From Nannocystales bacterium (lineage in GTDB: Bacteria; Myxococcota_A; Polyangia; Nannocystales; Nannocystaceae), in the NCBI GenBank assembly GCA_050633305.1, contig JBOEGF010000010.1, forward strand, positions 832,001-896,000: a stretch of 64,000 bases of DNA. The letters are read 5' to 3'. The notes under the pieces are model-generated. The model had not been told where the DNA came from, did not search any database, and saw only the letters and a program-made list of their open reading frames with translations. Positions 9,938 through 20,954 of the stretch are shown here, in pieces; the stretch's first letter is position 1; each line of letters begins with the position of its first letter. A program made the position numbers and the translations under genes.

Positions 9938-10822
9938 CTACTTCACGAGACCAGCCACGATGGCCGGCAACTCACTCACACTCTCGACGATGTGATCGAT
10001 GGCTCCGCCTGCTTGGGTCTCGGTGACCCATTCGGGCGTATGGTCGTGTCGCCGAAGCACGATGGTGTCGGGCGCTTGCAGGATGCTACGGCCGCGCAGC
10101 GCGTGCGGGAGCGCCAGGTCCAGCGAGAAGACGTCGCCGATGATCACGTCGGGGCGCTCTGCGAGGATCGCAGCGCGATACTCTGGGCGGTCGAGATAGA
10201 TCTGTCGGCCGCTCACCTTCATGGCGTTTTGGGTCTCGCCCAGGAACCACTTCTTCGCCGAGCCACGGACGCGCAACGCGTGCCCCTCGTCCTCGCCCGC
10301 GTCGATGCCTGCGGACTGGAACCAGCTGACGATCTTCTCTGCGCCCGAGTTCGAGATGATCACGACCTCCGCACCGGCATCCTCGATCGCCTTGAGCAGC
10401 GCGGCAGCTTCGGGGACGATGCACGGAGGGTGGGCGTCAGCGAAGCTGGCCGTCGCGGTTCGGAAGCACCACTCGCCGAATACGGCCAGCGTTTCGTGGC
10501 CGGCGTCGGTGACCGCTTTCGCGTAGCGCTTGGCGGTGTCGCTCTCGCCCTCGTGCAGGACGCGGGTGAGCGCGCTCGCCTCGATCAGCGGGTCCTCGTC
10601 GATGTATGCAGAGATGCGTCCATCGGGCGCCCACCCGTGCTTTTCGGGGGCCTCCTTCATGGCAGCGCGGAGGACTCCGAGCTCATCGTGTGCTTGCGCC
10701 TGGGGCACGCCCGCGAACTCGGCGAGCTTGTTGATCATCCAGTCGATCAGGAGAGAAGCTTCGGGACCCTGGTTGGTCCAGACGCCATCGAAGTCTGAGA
10801 GGATTTTGAGCCGTTTTGACAT
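9938..10822 (-). CDS. HAD-superfamily hydrolase
   Basis: Motif I ILSDFDGV, motif II IISNS, motif IV IIGDVFSLD; ATG at 10822. Confidence 0.75.
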   Translation of the reverse strand: MSKRLKILSDFDGVWTNQGPEASLLIDWMINKLAEFAGVPQAQAHDELGVLRAAMKEAPEKHGWAPDGRISAYIDEDPLIEASALTRVLHEGESDTAKRYAKAVTDAGHETLAVFGEWCFRTATASFADAHPPCIVPEAAALLKAIEDAGAEVVIISNSGAEKIVSWFQSAGIDAGEDEGHALRVRGSAKKWFLGETQNAMKVSGRQIYLDRPEYRAAILAERPDVIIGDVFSLDLALPHALRGRSILQAPDTIVLRRHDHTPEWVTETQAGGAIDHIVESVSELPAIVAGLVK

Positions 10823-10966
10823 ACCAAGCGCGGAAGGTGCGGAGGGTATCAGCGCGGGCGACGACGCGCCTGACGCGGTCTGCGGCGGAAGCGGTCCCCT
10901 TGCCCCACAGCCCACTGGGGCCCTCTGAAACCATCGCAGAGTCAGCTCACATGGTAGGTACGGCGC

Positions 10967-12010
10967 GTGTTTGATGCGCAGTCCTACGTTCGCCCCTTCG
11001 TTCTCGACGAAGCGGGTCTCACGCTACGCGTGCTCGATCAGCGCAAACTCCCGGCGGCGGAGGTTTGGACCGAACCAAGGGAGGTCGAGGCGGTGGCGGT
11101 GGCGATCGAGGACCTCGTCGTTCGAGGAGCGCCCGCGATCGCGTGTGTCGCGGCGCTCGGCCTGGCCGTGTGCGTGCAGGACTTTGACGACGACCCGGGG
11201 CAGTTCAGAATCCAGGTGGAGGCGGCGTGCGTCCGGCTCTGGAACACCCGTCCCACCGCGGTGAACCTGTTCGTCGCGCTGCGGGAGATCCGGGAGGCGA
11301 TGGCGGGAGCGCCCGAGGATGCGGATGCGCCCACACTTCGGGCCCTGGTGCTTCAGACCGCCAAGGCGCATGCCGAAGGAGATTTGGCTTCGTGCCTGGC
11401 CATGGCTGGACACGGCGCCCCTCTGCTGCCGGACTCGGGAGCCGTGCTCACGCATTGCAACGCGGGCGCACTGGCGACCGCGGGCTACGGCACTGCGCTG
11501 GGCGTGCTGCGGCGCGGCCGGGAGATTGGGAAGCGCTACACGGTGCTCGCCGACGAGACCCGCCCAGTCCTTCAAGGTGCTCGGCTGACGGCCTGGGAGC
11601 TTCAGCATGACGGCGTCCCGGTGGAGGTCATCGCGGACAACATGGCTGGCGCCCTGATGGCATCGGGTGTGATCAAGGCGGCGGTGGTCGGTGCTGACCG
11701 GATCGCTCGCAATGGCGACGTCGCCAACAAAATCGGGACGTACACCGTGGCTGTGCTCTGCAAGCACCACGGGATTCCGTTCTACGTGGCTGCGCCGTGG
11801 ACCACGATCGATCGCAGTTTGGCCAGCGGTGCGGACATCCCGATCGAGGAGCGCAATCCGAGGGAGGTCAGGGTCCACGGCAGCACCCAGCTCACTCCGG
11901 AGGGCGTTGGGGTTCGCAACCCCGCCTTCGACGTGACGCCGGCCTCGCTCGTCACCAAGATCATCACCGAGACGGGGAACTTCGATCCCGGCCAGATCGC
12001 CGACGCTTGA
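10967..12010 (+). CDS. mtnA: S-methyl-5-thioribose-1-phosphate isomerase
   Basis: LDQRKLP, VRGAPAI, TRPTAVNL, LTHCNAGALAT, DETRPVLQGARLTAWEL, NGDVANKIGTY, NPAFDVTP motifs. Confidence 0.95.
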   Translation: MFDAQSYVRPFVLDEAGLTLRVLDQRKLPAAEVWTEPREVEAVAVAIEDLVVRGAPAIACVAALGLAVCVQDFDDDPGQFRIQVEAACVRLWNTRPTAVNLFVALREIREAMAGAPEDADAPTLRALVLQTAKAHAEGDLASCLAMAGHGAPLLPDSGAVLTHCNAGALATAGYGTALGVLRRGREIGKRYTVLADETRPVLQGARLTAWELQHDGVPVEVIADNMAGALMASGVIKAAVVGADRIARNGDVANKIGTYTVAVLCKHHGIPFYVAAPWTTIDRSLASGADIPIEERNPREVRVHGSTQLTPEGVGVRNPAFDVTPASLVTKIITETGNFDPGQIADA

Positions 12011-12665
12011 GTCGCTGCCGGGCGATACGCAGCGCGATTCGGCCGCCGTCGCGGAACGTTCGGAGGTGACTGTGTCCCGAGGCTCGGGCTCGTCGTGTGA
12101 CCGGGACCTCGACGATCTTTCCTCCGGTGCGGAGGAGCTCCAGCAGCAGGTCGACCTCGACGTCATACCCGTGCGCATCGAGGGCGCAGCGCAGGAACCG
12201 CTCACGCCGCAGGGCTCGAAAGCCAGCCTGGGTGTCGGTGAGCGCGGTGCTGAACAGCCCGTTGATCATGCCGGTCAGCGCGCGGTTGCCCCACGCGTGC
12301 AGCGGGCGAATCGCGTCGTCCTCGAAGTGACCCAGAAAACGAGAGCCGACGACCATGTCGACGTGGTCCCCGAGGGAGTCGAGCACGGTCGGGATGTCGG
12401 CGGGATCGTCCTGTCCGTCAGCATCCATGAACACCAGGATCTCGCCGTGGGCCTCGCGCGCACCTCGGCGGACGGCGACACCCTTGCCTCGATTCTGAGA
12501 CAGCTGAACGACCCGAGCTCCGGCCGCTGCCGCCACGATCGCCGTGTCATCCGACGAACCGTCATCGACGACGAGGACTTCATCGGCGTGCTCCAAGCAG
12601 CCGCGGATGACCGGTCCAATGTTGGGCGCCTCGTTCAGCGCGGCCAAGACGACGGTGACGTTCAT
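11964..12665 (-). CDS. Glycosyltransferase family 2 (DPM-synthase-like)
   Basis: VVLAALNEA, VVDDGSSDDT, NRGKG, FMDADGQD, DTQAGFRA; start overlaps upstream stop (ATGA); 3' end overlaps mtnA convergently. Confidence 0.9.
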   Translation of the reverse strand: MNVTVVLAALNEAPNIGPVIRGCLEHADEVLVVDDGSSDDTAIVAAAAGARVVQLSQNRGKGVAVRRGAREAHGEILVFMDADGQDDPADIPTVLDSLGDHVDMVVGSRFLGHFEDDAIRPLHAWGNRALTGMINGLFSTALTDTQAGFRALRRERFLRCALDAHGYDVEVDLLLELLRTGGKIVEVPVTRRARASGHSHLRTFRDGGRIALRIARQRLKRRRSGRDRSSPSR

Positions 12666-13792
12666 CCGCCCGACAGCTTGCGGAACAGCCACTCGGCGCC
12701 GAAGCGGTAGTTGACCCGCTCCCAGAACCAGGCGGCGACGAGCGCGAGGAAGAAGAATGCGAACACGAGCACCAGCGAGGCGTTCGCACCGAGGCCATGC
12801 CAGAGGTCGATCCCCTCGATCCGGCTGAGCCGGCGGAACAGCGGCACGTGGAGCAGCAGGAGCGTGAGAGAGATACGCCCCAGTGTGACCATGGGGTTGC
12901 GGCTGCTCATCGAGCGCCGGTTCTCGTAGGCGCTGACGCCCGCGATCAGCACAAGCGCGCCGCCCAGCAGAAGACCGGCGATCGCGATGCTGGCCGGGAA
13001 GAACCCCAAGTGCAACTCGAAGGCGCGGTGCAGGTAGACGTTGGACTTGGGGAGGACGCCAGCGTTGAGGAGCGCATGGCCGCCCCCGCCCAGTGCCATG
13101 AACGACAGGCCGAGCGCTGCAACTCGTCCGGTCTTGTCTTGCAGGAGCCACCGGCCCGAGGCGAACCCTGCCAGGTAGAAGGTCAGCCACGGAAGGATGG
13201 GGAACTGGCTCTCGGCGAGCGCGAGCCGGAACACGCCACCGGGGCGGGATGTGTCGCGCATGAACGGATTGTTCACCGCCATCGGCGTGTCGAGCCAGAC
13301 CCGCACGAGCACGGTCGTGACCAGCACGGCGCCGCAAACACCGAGGAGCGCCCGACTGGAGAGGCGTCGCCACAGCGGGGTGAGGGCCATCGCGAACCCC
13401 ATCATGTGGAGGACGAACCAGCTCCCCCAGGAAAACCACCCCGGGTCGCTGGCGTCGATGACCGAGCCCAAGCCCTGCATGACCAGGTTCAGTGCGAGTC
13501 CAAACAGCATCAGGACGAGGCCGCGGCGCACGAGGGTCTTGTCGGTCCCGGGGCGGCCAGCGGCGACGAACATCGCGCTGCCACACCCCGCCAACGTCAC
13601 GAACAACGGTGCAGCCATCCCGCCCAGCGCGTTGAACCCAACCAGCTGGGGGTAGTCCATCACGCTGCGGCCTGGTTCTGGCCCTTCCCAGACCCAGATG
13701 CCGACGTGCTGCTCGATCATGAGAAACACAGCAAGGCCTCGGAGCGCGTCGAGGGCGAGACGACGGCGCGGCTTGGGCGAAGCGTCGGTCAT
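12662..13792 (-). CDS. HGSNAT/DUF1624-like membrane acyltransferase-domain protein
   Basis: RLALDALRGLAVFLMIEQH, AAPLFVTLAG, FPILPW, LGRISLTL; multiple TM helices. Confidence 0.8.
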   Translation of the reverse strand: MTDASPKPRRRLALDALRGLAVFLMIEQHVGIWVWEGPEPGRSVMDYPQLVGFNALGGMAAPLFVTLAGCGSAMFVAAGRPGTDKTLVRRGLVLMLFGLALNLVMQGLGSVIDASDPGWFSWGSWFVLHMMGFAMALTPLWRRLSSRALLGVCGAVLVTTVLVRVWLDTPMAVNNPFMRDTSRPGGVFRLALAESQFPILPWLTFYLAGFASGRWLLQDKTGRVAALGLSFMALGGGGHALLNAGVLPKSNVYLHRAFELHLGFFPASIAIAGLLLGGALVLIAGVSAYENRRSMSSRNPMVTLGRISLTLLLLHVPLFRRLSRIEGIDLWHGLGANASLVLVFAFFFLALVAAWFWERVNYRFGAEWLFRKLSGG

Positions 13793-13841
13793 CGGTTCGC
13801 GGAGCGTACCTCGGCTGTGCTTGGTACAACCACATACGGTC

Positions 13842-15062
13842 ATGATTTTTCATGTCGACATGGACGCGTTCTACGCGTCGGTCGAGGTCCGAGACGACCC
13901 ATCTCTCCGGGGCAAACCCGTGCTTGTCGGAGGAGAAGGCAATCGCGGAGTCGTATGCGCTGCGAGCTACGAGGCTCGAGAGTTTGGCTGTCGCTCTGCA
14001 CAACCGATGGCGGTCGCGGTCCGGCGCTGTCCGCATGCCGTGGTCTTGCCCCCCCGGTTCGAGGTCTACTCCGAAGCCTCAGCCCAGGTGTTCGACGTGT
14101 TCGACCGCTACTCCCCGGTGGTCGAGGGTCTGAGTATCGACGAGGCGTTTCTCGACATGACCGGGTCTCAGCGATTGCTTGGGACGCCTCGAATCGCCGC
14201 CGAGGCGCTGCGGGGCGAAGTGGTCGAGGCGACTGGCGGTCTGACCTGCACGGTGGGTATTTCGGCGGTGAAGTTCATCTCCAAGATCGCCTCGGCGATG
14301 AACAAACCCAACGGTCTGACGGAGGTGCCCGTGGGGGCCGAACTCGACTTCCTGGCGCCGCTTCCGATCAGCAAGCTGTGGGGCGTAGGGCCGAAGACCC
14401 AGGAGCGGCTGCATGAGCTGGGCGTGAAGGTTGTCGGGGACCTGAGGCGATTCGACCTCGAGATGTTCGTCCGACGCTTCGGCGAGCACGGAGCTCATCT
14501 GCACGCGCTGGCCCACGCCCGGGACCCGCGACGCGTGGAGTCCGGTCGAGAACGCAAGAGCATCAGTCACGAAGACACCTATCACCAGGACGTGATGGGA
14601 CGTGAGGCGTTACGGGCCAAGTTGCTCTCTCAAGCGACTCGGGTCGCGGACCGGCTCGTTCGCAAGAACCTGGTCGGCGGCAAGGTTCAGCTAAAGATCC
14701 GAGATACGGACTTCAAGACACAGACGCGGCAGTGCACGTTGTCGGTGCCGACCAACCAGGCGAAGACGATCTACGCGGAGGCGTGCCGCTTGCTCGATGG
14801 ACTCGACCTCGACCGTCGGCGCTTTCGGCTGACAGGGGTTGGCATCGGGGAGCTTCGAGGGGAGGGCACAGGGGCACCGCAGCAACTCGACCTCCTCTCG
14901 GCGGTGGCCGAGCCCGAGGAGGACAAGAACGCCCAGCTTCAGGCCGTGCTGACTGCCGTTCGTGGCCGTTTCGGACACGAGGCGCTCTTTCCCGCGGCGG
15001 CGGGCCGAGTGGAGCGGGCGGGTGCGACCGGCGCGACGAGCAAGACGCTCGATGAGGAGTGA
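13842..15062 (+). CDS. dinB: DNA polymerase IV (Y-family)
   Basis: HVDMDAFYASVE, ASYEAREFG, SIDEAFLD, KIASAMNKPNG, LWGVGPKT. Confidence 0.95.
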   Translation: MIFHVDMDAFYASVEVRDDPSLRGKPVLVGGEGNRGVVCAASYEAREFGCRSAQPMAVAVRRCPHAVVLPPRFEVYSEASAQVFDVFDRYSPVVEGLSIDEAFLDMTGSQRLLGTPRIAAEALRGEVVEATGGLTCTVGISAVKFISKIASAMNKPNGLTEVPVGAELDFLAPLPISKLWGVGPKTQERLHELGVKVVGDLRRFDLEMFVRRFGEHGAHLHALAHARDPRRVESGRERKSISHEDTYHQDVMGREALRAKLLSQATRVADRLVRKNLVGGKVQLKIRDTDFKTQTRQCTLSVPTNQAKTIYAEACRLLDGLDLDRRRFRLTGVGIGELRGEGTGAPQQLDLLSAVAEPEEDKNAQLQAVLTAVRGRFGHEALFPAAAGRVERAGATGATSKTLDEE

Positions 15063-15068
15063 CGCCGC

Positions 15069-16099
<1,031 letters not shown>

Positions 16100-16103
<4 letters not shown>

Positions 16104-16705
16104 GCGACGAAAACAGGACACGGAATCGTGCTCAGTTCGCCAATGAGGGGGGCGTGGACGATCCCGACTCCCAGCCCAGCGAGCCGTTGGCCGACCTCGC
16201 GGGCGTATTTCGGGACCACCACGGGTTCGTTTGGCGCAGTTTGGTGCATCTCGGTCTGCCCACGGCCACCGTCGACGATGCCCTGCAGGACGTGTTCTTG
16301 GTCGTTCACCGCCGCATCGGTCACTTCGACGGGCGAACCTCGATTCGGAACTGGCTGTACGGAATCACGCGCCGGGTGGCCAGCGAGTACCGTCGCGGAA
16401 CCCGGCGCGCGATTCGTCGACTCGAAGTTGTTCGCGATCCCGACACTCATGCGGACCCGGAGGGCCTCGCGAACCGAATCTCGGCGGCCGACGCGGTCGC
16501 GAAGGTGTTGGACACGCTCGATGAGGACAAACGAGAGGTTTTCGTGTTGGCCGAAGTCGAGGGGATGACGTCGGTTGAGATCGCCGAAGCGCTGCAAACG
16601 AACGTCAACACGATCTATGGGCGTCTACGTGCCGCTCGCCTGCATTTTGCTCGGGCCCTCAAGCGCGAGCAGGCGCGCGCGGGTCGCCAGGAGAGACAAC
16701 GATGA
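16100..16705 (+). CDS. ECF RNA polymerase sigma-70 factor
   Basis: Region 2 [11 protein letters not shown]...[10 protein letters not shown]; region 4 [32 protein letters not shown]. Confidence 0.92.
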
Positions 16706-17475
16706 ACGAGAACGAACGCGCTGCACTCGCGGAGTACCGTGGCTCGCTGGGGAGGAAGCAGCCCGAACAGGACCGGGACTGGGCTCGTCTCGTGAGCAAG
16801 ATCGAGGCCGGTGCGCAGCCGCTTTCGGTGGAGCTTGAGGCGCGCCCGCGACGTCGATGGCTTCCGTGGGGACTTGGCGCGGCGGTTGCGGTCCTGAGCG
16901 CCGTGTGGGCGTGGCCGGAGCCCGAGCCGGCCGACGCCGCTCATCGACCCGGCGGAGCCCAGGCGGCATATGGGGCCGGGGAACAGACGTCTTCGGCCTC
17001 GGTCCGCTCACAGTCCCTGCCTGTTCGTAGCGTGGACCCCGGACGACAACCTTCGACATCGGGCGCACCCTCGGTCGAGCCGGACCTCCCGCCGGCTCCC
17101 GTTCCGGCTCTCGCCCCCGAGGCGAGGCGGGGTATCGTGGACCGTCGCAGTCGAGCGCCGGCCTCCGGTCGCGAGGTCGAGCCCGCGGCGGAGGTTCCCA
17201 AGACCCACAATGTGGTCGCAGAGGCGAAGGCGCTGCGAGAGATTCGAGCCGCGTTGCGAGACCAGGACGGACGGCATGCGCTCGGGTTGCTCCGACGCTA
17301 CCGCTCCCGGTTTCCAACCGGGGTGCTTCGGGATGAGGCGACGGTGCTGCACGCAGACGCGTTGTGCTTGGATGGGCAACGGGAGAGGGCTCGAACCATC
17401 GCGGCTCGCTTCGCTCGTTCGCATCCCCGCTCGCCGCTTGCCGGGAGAGCCCGGGGCCTATGCGAGGACTCGTGA
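16702..17475 (+). CDS. Putative membrane anti-sigma factor with C-terminal TPR-like helices
   Basis: ATGA-coupled to sigma; single TM; Pro-rich linker; AL..L..Y...FP.G.L..EA and F...HP.SP pattern. Confidence 0.7.
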   Translation: MNENERAALAEYRGSLGRKQPEQDRDWARLVSKIEAGAQPLSVELEARPRRRWLPWGLGAAVAVLSAVWAWPEPEPADAAHRPGGAQAAYGAGEQTSSASVRSQSLPVRSVDPGRQPSTSGAPSVEPDLPPAPVPALAPEARRGIVDRRSRAPASGREVEPAAEVPKTHNVVAEAKALREIRAALRDQDGRHALGLLRRYRSRFPTGVLRDEATVLHADALCLDGQRERARTIAARFARSHPRSPLAGRARGLCEDS

Positions 17476-17981
17476 GCCGAGCCTCGTTGTTCATGCTGGT
17501 CGTTCTCGGCGGTTGTACGTTGACCGCGTCGTTGGGCGGAGACGCCGAGCAAGGAACCAGCGGAACCGGCGGCTCTTCCAGCACGACGTCGAGTTCATCG
17601 GGGCAAGCCGTCTCGGGCGTAGAGACTGGCCCGGGTCCCGGGGTGAGTACCACCGGGGACCCCGGGGCCTCCTCGACGGGGGGGAGTACGAACTCGGCCA
17701 GCTCGAGCTCCACCGGGGCGGTGGAAAACACGAGCGGAGGGCAGCCCATGGTGTGCGAGGGACCCAGTGACGAGAGCTGTCTAGCCTGTCTTCGGGAGAG
17801 CTGTTGCAGCGTGTTGGAGCAGTGTCTGAGCACGCCGTTGTGTGCCTGCATCCTGGGTTGTCTCGAGTTCGCGCCCGACTTCGTGAGCTGCGTGGACCTC
17901 CCAGCCTGTGCCGGGGGTCCAACTGCCGATGTGCTCCAGCTGTGTGCTGTGGGCGACTGCGGGCCCGCCTGCGGCTTCTAA
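17472..17981 (+). CDS. Cys-rich lipoprotein
   Basis: GTGA-coupled; LVVLGG-C lipobox; Ser/Thr/Gly linker; Cys-rich C-terminal domain. Confidence 0.7.
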   Translation: MSRASLFMLVVLGGCTLTASLGGDAEQGTSGTGGSSSTTSSSSGQAVSGVETGPGPGVSTTGDPGASSTGGSTNSASSSSTGAVENTSGGQPMVCEGPSDESCLACLRESCCSVLEQCLSTPLCACILGCLEFAPDFVSCVDLPACAGGPTADVLQLCAVGDCGPACGF

Positions 17982-18074
17982 AAGAAACCTGGAAATCGCT
18001 TCACGGATCGGTGTGGCTGGCCCCCAATACCTCGTGTGACCGGTTGCGCACGAGCGCAGCGCGGAAGGGACAAC

Positions 18075-18671
18075 ATGAACAAACACCTACTGACTTCACT
18101 TGGTGCGATCTTGACCGCGGGCATGCTGACGCTCGCGGGTTGCGACGGTGGTTCGGACGCCGCCGACACGGACAGCGGCACCGGTACCGACACGGAGGCC
18201 TCGGGGACCGACGCATCTGCCTCCGCGTCCGACTCCGATTCCAACTCGGCGTCCGACTCCAACTCGGCGTCCGACTCCAACTCCGGGGTCGACAGCGACA
18301 GTGACGGAACATCTTCGACGACATCCGCTGGTACCAGCGGGGCCACGACCGGTGGTGCAGAGTCGGGGTCGAGTAGCGCCGGGACCACCGGCGGCGAGGA
18401 CTCGGGATCCACAACGGGGGGCGAGGATGGCTCGACCGGAAGTGATGCAGGGTCAACCGGGGAAGAAGTCGACGCCTGCATGGGACTTGAGCTTCAGCAG
18501 TGCTTCATGACCGAGGGCTGCACCTGGGAGGCGGCGGGCCCTGGCACGGGGGAGTGTGTCACCGGTGGCGGCGCTGGTGAGGGCGGCGGGGTGTGTGAAT
18601 TCATCCCCGTCGCGTTCTGCGAGAGCACACCTGGGTGCACGGTCGACGGAATGGATTGCGTCGAGGAGTAA
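18075..18671 (+). CDS. Cys-rich lipoprotein with Ser/Asp/Gly low-complexity stalk
   Basis: GGAAGGG RBS-like; MLTLAG-C lipobox; two short C-x7-C-x4-C modules at C-terminus. Confidence 0.8.
   Translation: MNKHLLTSLGAILTAGMLTLAGCDGGSDAADTDSGTGTDTEASGTDASASASDSDSNSASDSNSASDSNSGVDSDSDGTSSTTSAGTSGATTGGAESGSSSAGTTGGEDSGSTTGGEDGSTGSDAGSTGEEVDACMGLELQQCFMTEGCTWEAAGPGTGECVTGGGAGEGGGVCEFIPVAFCESTPGCTVDGMDCVEE
18240..18284 (+). repeat. 18-bp in-frame tandem repeat (TCCAACTCGGCGTCCGAC) x2.5
   Basis: Visible; encodes SNSASD repeats. Confidence 0.8.
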
Positions 18672-18677
18672 CGCGGG

Positions 18678-19214
18678 CTACTTGAAGACGTTCTCGCGAT
18701 AGAACTTGAGTTCCGAGATCGACTCTCGGATATCGTCGAGGGCCCGATGGCTCTGCCCTTTGGGTGGGGCCTTCGTGTCCGGGTACCAGCGCCGCGTCAG
18801 CTCCTTGACCGTGCTGACGTCGATCATCCTGTAGTGCAGGAACGCGTCGAGCTTGGGCATGTAGCGCGAGATGAAGCGGCGGTCCTGCCAGATCGAGTTG
18901 CCACACAAGGGCGACGCGCCGGCTTTGCACAGCGGCTCCAAGAACGCGAGGGTCTGTGCCTCGGCCTGCGCGAGTGAGGTCGTTGATGCCTTCACTCCTG
19001 CGGTGAGACCCGACTCCCCGTGGTGGTTGGTGCACCACTCGTCCATCGCATCGAGCACCTCGTCGGGCTGGTGGACGATGATCTCGGGGCCTTCGGCGAC
19101 CAGCTCAAGGTCCGCATCGGTGACCAGCGTTGCGATCTCCAAGATCCTGCAGGTCTCGGGATCCAGGCCCGACATCTCCAGATCGATCCACACGAGGGGC
19201 GCGGGCGTCGTCAC
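18678..19214 (-). CDS. orn: Oligoribonuclease
   Basis: LVWIDLEMSGLD, WCTNHHGESGL, PLCGNSIWQDRRF, HRALDDIRESISEL. Confidence 0.96.
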   Translation of the reverse strand: MTTPAPLVWIDLEMSGLDPETCRILEIATLVTDADLELVAEGPEIIVHQPDEVLDAMDEWCTNHHGESGLTAGVKASTTSLAQAEAQTLAFLEPLCKAGASPLCGNSIWQDRRFISRYMPKLDAFLHYRMIDVSTVKELTRRWYPDTKAPPKGQSHRALDDIRESISELKFYRENVFK

Positions 19215-19575
19215 GGCCGCAGGCTAACACGGCGTAGATCCTCCGCCGGGAGCGGAGGCCGCGGCGGCGAGCTGTGAGAACGGCGTCGAAACGGAGTCTG
19301 GACGCGCCCCATGTGCACGACCCGGAGACCCCGGAGTCGACCGGGCCACCTTCCGACTCGTCGTCCTCGCGATCGCTGAACCTTGGGTCAGCGCCATCGA
19401 CGCGACCGACCGCGGAGCATCTGAGGACAGTCGTGCGTCCCAGTCCGGTACCCCGGCCGCTCGACGGACGGTAGGTGTCCATCTGGGCCCGCGAATCGGG
19501 AGTTCTCGATTTTTCTTGGCGGGTACCGACACGAACTGACGACTCCGGTGTTGTTAGGCTCGCGACTGGGTTCTT

Positions 19576-20055
19576 TTGGCCGTCGACGTCGACAACCTCT
19601 ACCGCCGGTACGGACCGTTCGTGTTGCGGCGTTGTCGAAGGATGCTGCGCGATGAGCAGCAAGCGTATGAGGCGATGCAAGACGTTTTCTTACAAGTGCT
19701 GCGGCGCCGCGAAGCCATCGAGCCTCGAGGGCTGGGTGGGCTTCTGTTTCGGATCGCAACCAACGTCTGTCTCAACCGAATCCGGTCGACCACCCGAAAA
19801 CCACAGTTCTCCGCGAGTGACATGCTTCATCGAGTCCCAGCAGCCGAACGTTACAGCAGCCAAGCCGAAGCGCGTGATCTGCTTCGGAGTGCGTTCGCCG
19901 ATGAACCAGAGAGCTCCGCGACCATCGTAGCCTTGCATCTGCACGACGGGCTGACGCTCGAGCAGACTGCACGCTTTGTCGGCATGTCGGTGTCTGGTGT
20001 CCGCCACCGCCTTCGGGTCCTCAAAGCCAAGCTCCAGGAGCTCCGTGATGCCTGA
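19576..20055 (+). CDS. ECF RNA polymerase sigma-70 factor
   Basis: LYRRYGPFVLRRCRRML, AMQDVF, LFRIATNVCLNRIR, DGLTLEQTA..GMSVSGVRHRL; TTG start. Confidence 0.9.
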   Translation: MAVDVDNLYRRYGPFVLRRCRRMLRDEQQAYEAMQDVFLQVLRRREAIEPRGLGGLLFRIATNVCLNRIRSTTRKPQFSASDMLHRVPAAERYSSQAEARDLLRSAFADEPESSATIVALHLHDGLTLEQTARFVGMSVSGVRHRLRVLKAKLQELRDA

Positions 20056-20893
20056 GACCGTTCCCGACATCCTCGTAGAACTTCTCGCCCTGGGCGAACT
20101 CGACGACGCGGAAGCGAGTGCCGTGCGGGCGCAGCTCGAGGCCGAGGGCGACCCCCGACTCGACGAACTCGCAACGAGCGACGTGGAGGTGTTCGCGCGG
20201 TACCCCGCGGAGCAGGTCGTCGCCGAACTACGCGAGGCTGGGTTTCCGCCGCAACCGGTTGCCGAGGAGCTGCCCTCCAACGTCACGCCCTTGACTCGGG
20301 CGCAGGCGGCACCCCGGGCCCGAGTCCGACCGTGGGTCGCCGCAGCCGTCTCCGTGGCTGCTGCCGCTGTCTTGGTGTGGGCGCTGGCCTCGGGCGACGA
20401 GCTGCCGCCCGAGGAGCCGCCGAGGGTTGCGATGGTCGACCCTCCGACGACCTCCGGCGATCCGGCGGGGATCCGTACGAAGGGGGTTCCTCGCATCCTC
20501 GTTCATCGGCAGGGCGAGTCCGATCCGCTGGAAGCGGGTGCGGCAGTCCACGCCGGCGACATGCTTCAGCTGTCGTACTCGGGGGCGGGTGGCCGACACG
20601 GTGTGATCGTGTCGCTCGATGGGGCCGGTGTTGCGTCGCTGCACTTCCCGGCTCAAGCCGACGCATCGACAGAACTCTCGCGGGGGCTCGTACGACTCGA
20701 GTACGCGTACGAACTCGACGATGCACCCGTGTTCGAACGGTTCTTCCTGGTCACCGCTCCCACACCGCTCGACCCCGATGCAGTCCTGTCAGCCGCGCGT
20801 CGGTTGGGGCAGAGCGAGGCGCCTGGTGCTGGGGAGTTGGAGTTGGCGGAGAGTTGGTCGGCTGTTTCGCTCGCGGTCAAAAAGTCAGACTGA
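20048..20893 (+). CDS. ActD-like membrane anti-sigma protein with DUF4384-like C-terminal domain
   Basis: PDILVELLALGEL N-terminus, single TM, IRTKG, GDMLQLSY, SLDGAG...LHFP, YELDDAPVFERFF; overlaps sigma stop. Confidence 0.75.
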   Translation: MPETVPDILVELLALGELDDAEASAVRAQLEAEGDPRLDELATSDVEVFARYPAEQVVAELREAGFPPQPVAEELPSNVTPLTRAQAAPRARVRPWVAAAVSVAAAAVLVWALASGDELPPEEPPRVAMVDPPTTSGDPAGIRTKGVPRILVHRQGESDPLEAGAAVHAGDMLQLSYSGAGGRHGVIVSLDGAGVASLHFPAQADASTELSRGLVRLEYAYELDDAPVFERFFLVTAPTPLDPDAVLSAARRLGQSEAPGAGELELAESWSAVSLAVKKSD

Positions 20894-20954
20894 TTTCCGG
20901 GGCGACGTCTTTCGTGCCCACCGAACAAGTCTCGTTTTTCTTCGTTCGATCGCC

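Noticed and set aside
19224..19532. Short ORFs in the orn-sigma intergenic gap
   Set aside because: No RBS or motif support; composition typical of spurious GC-rich frames
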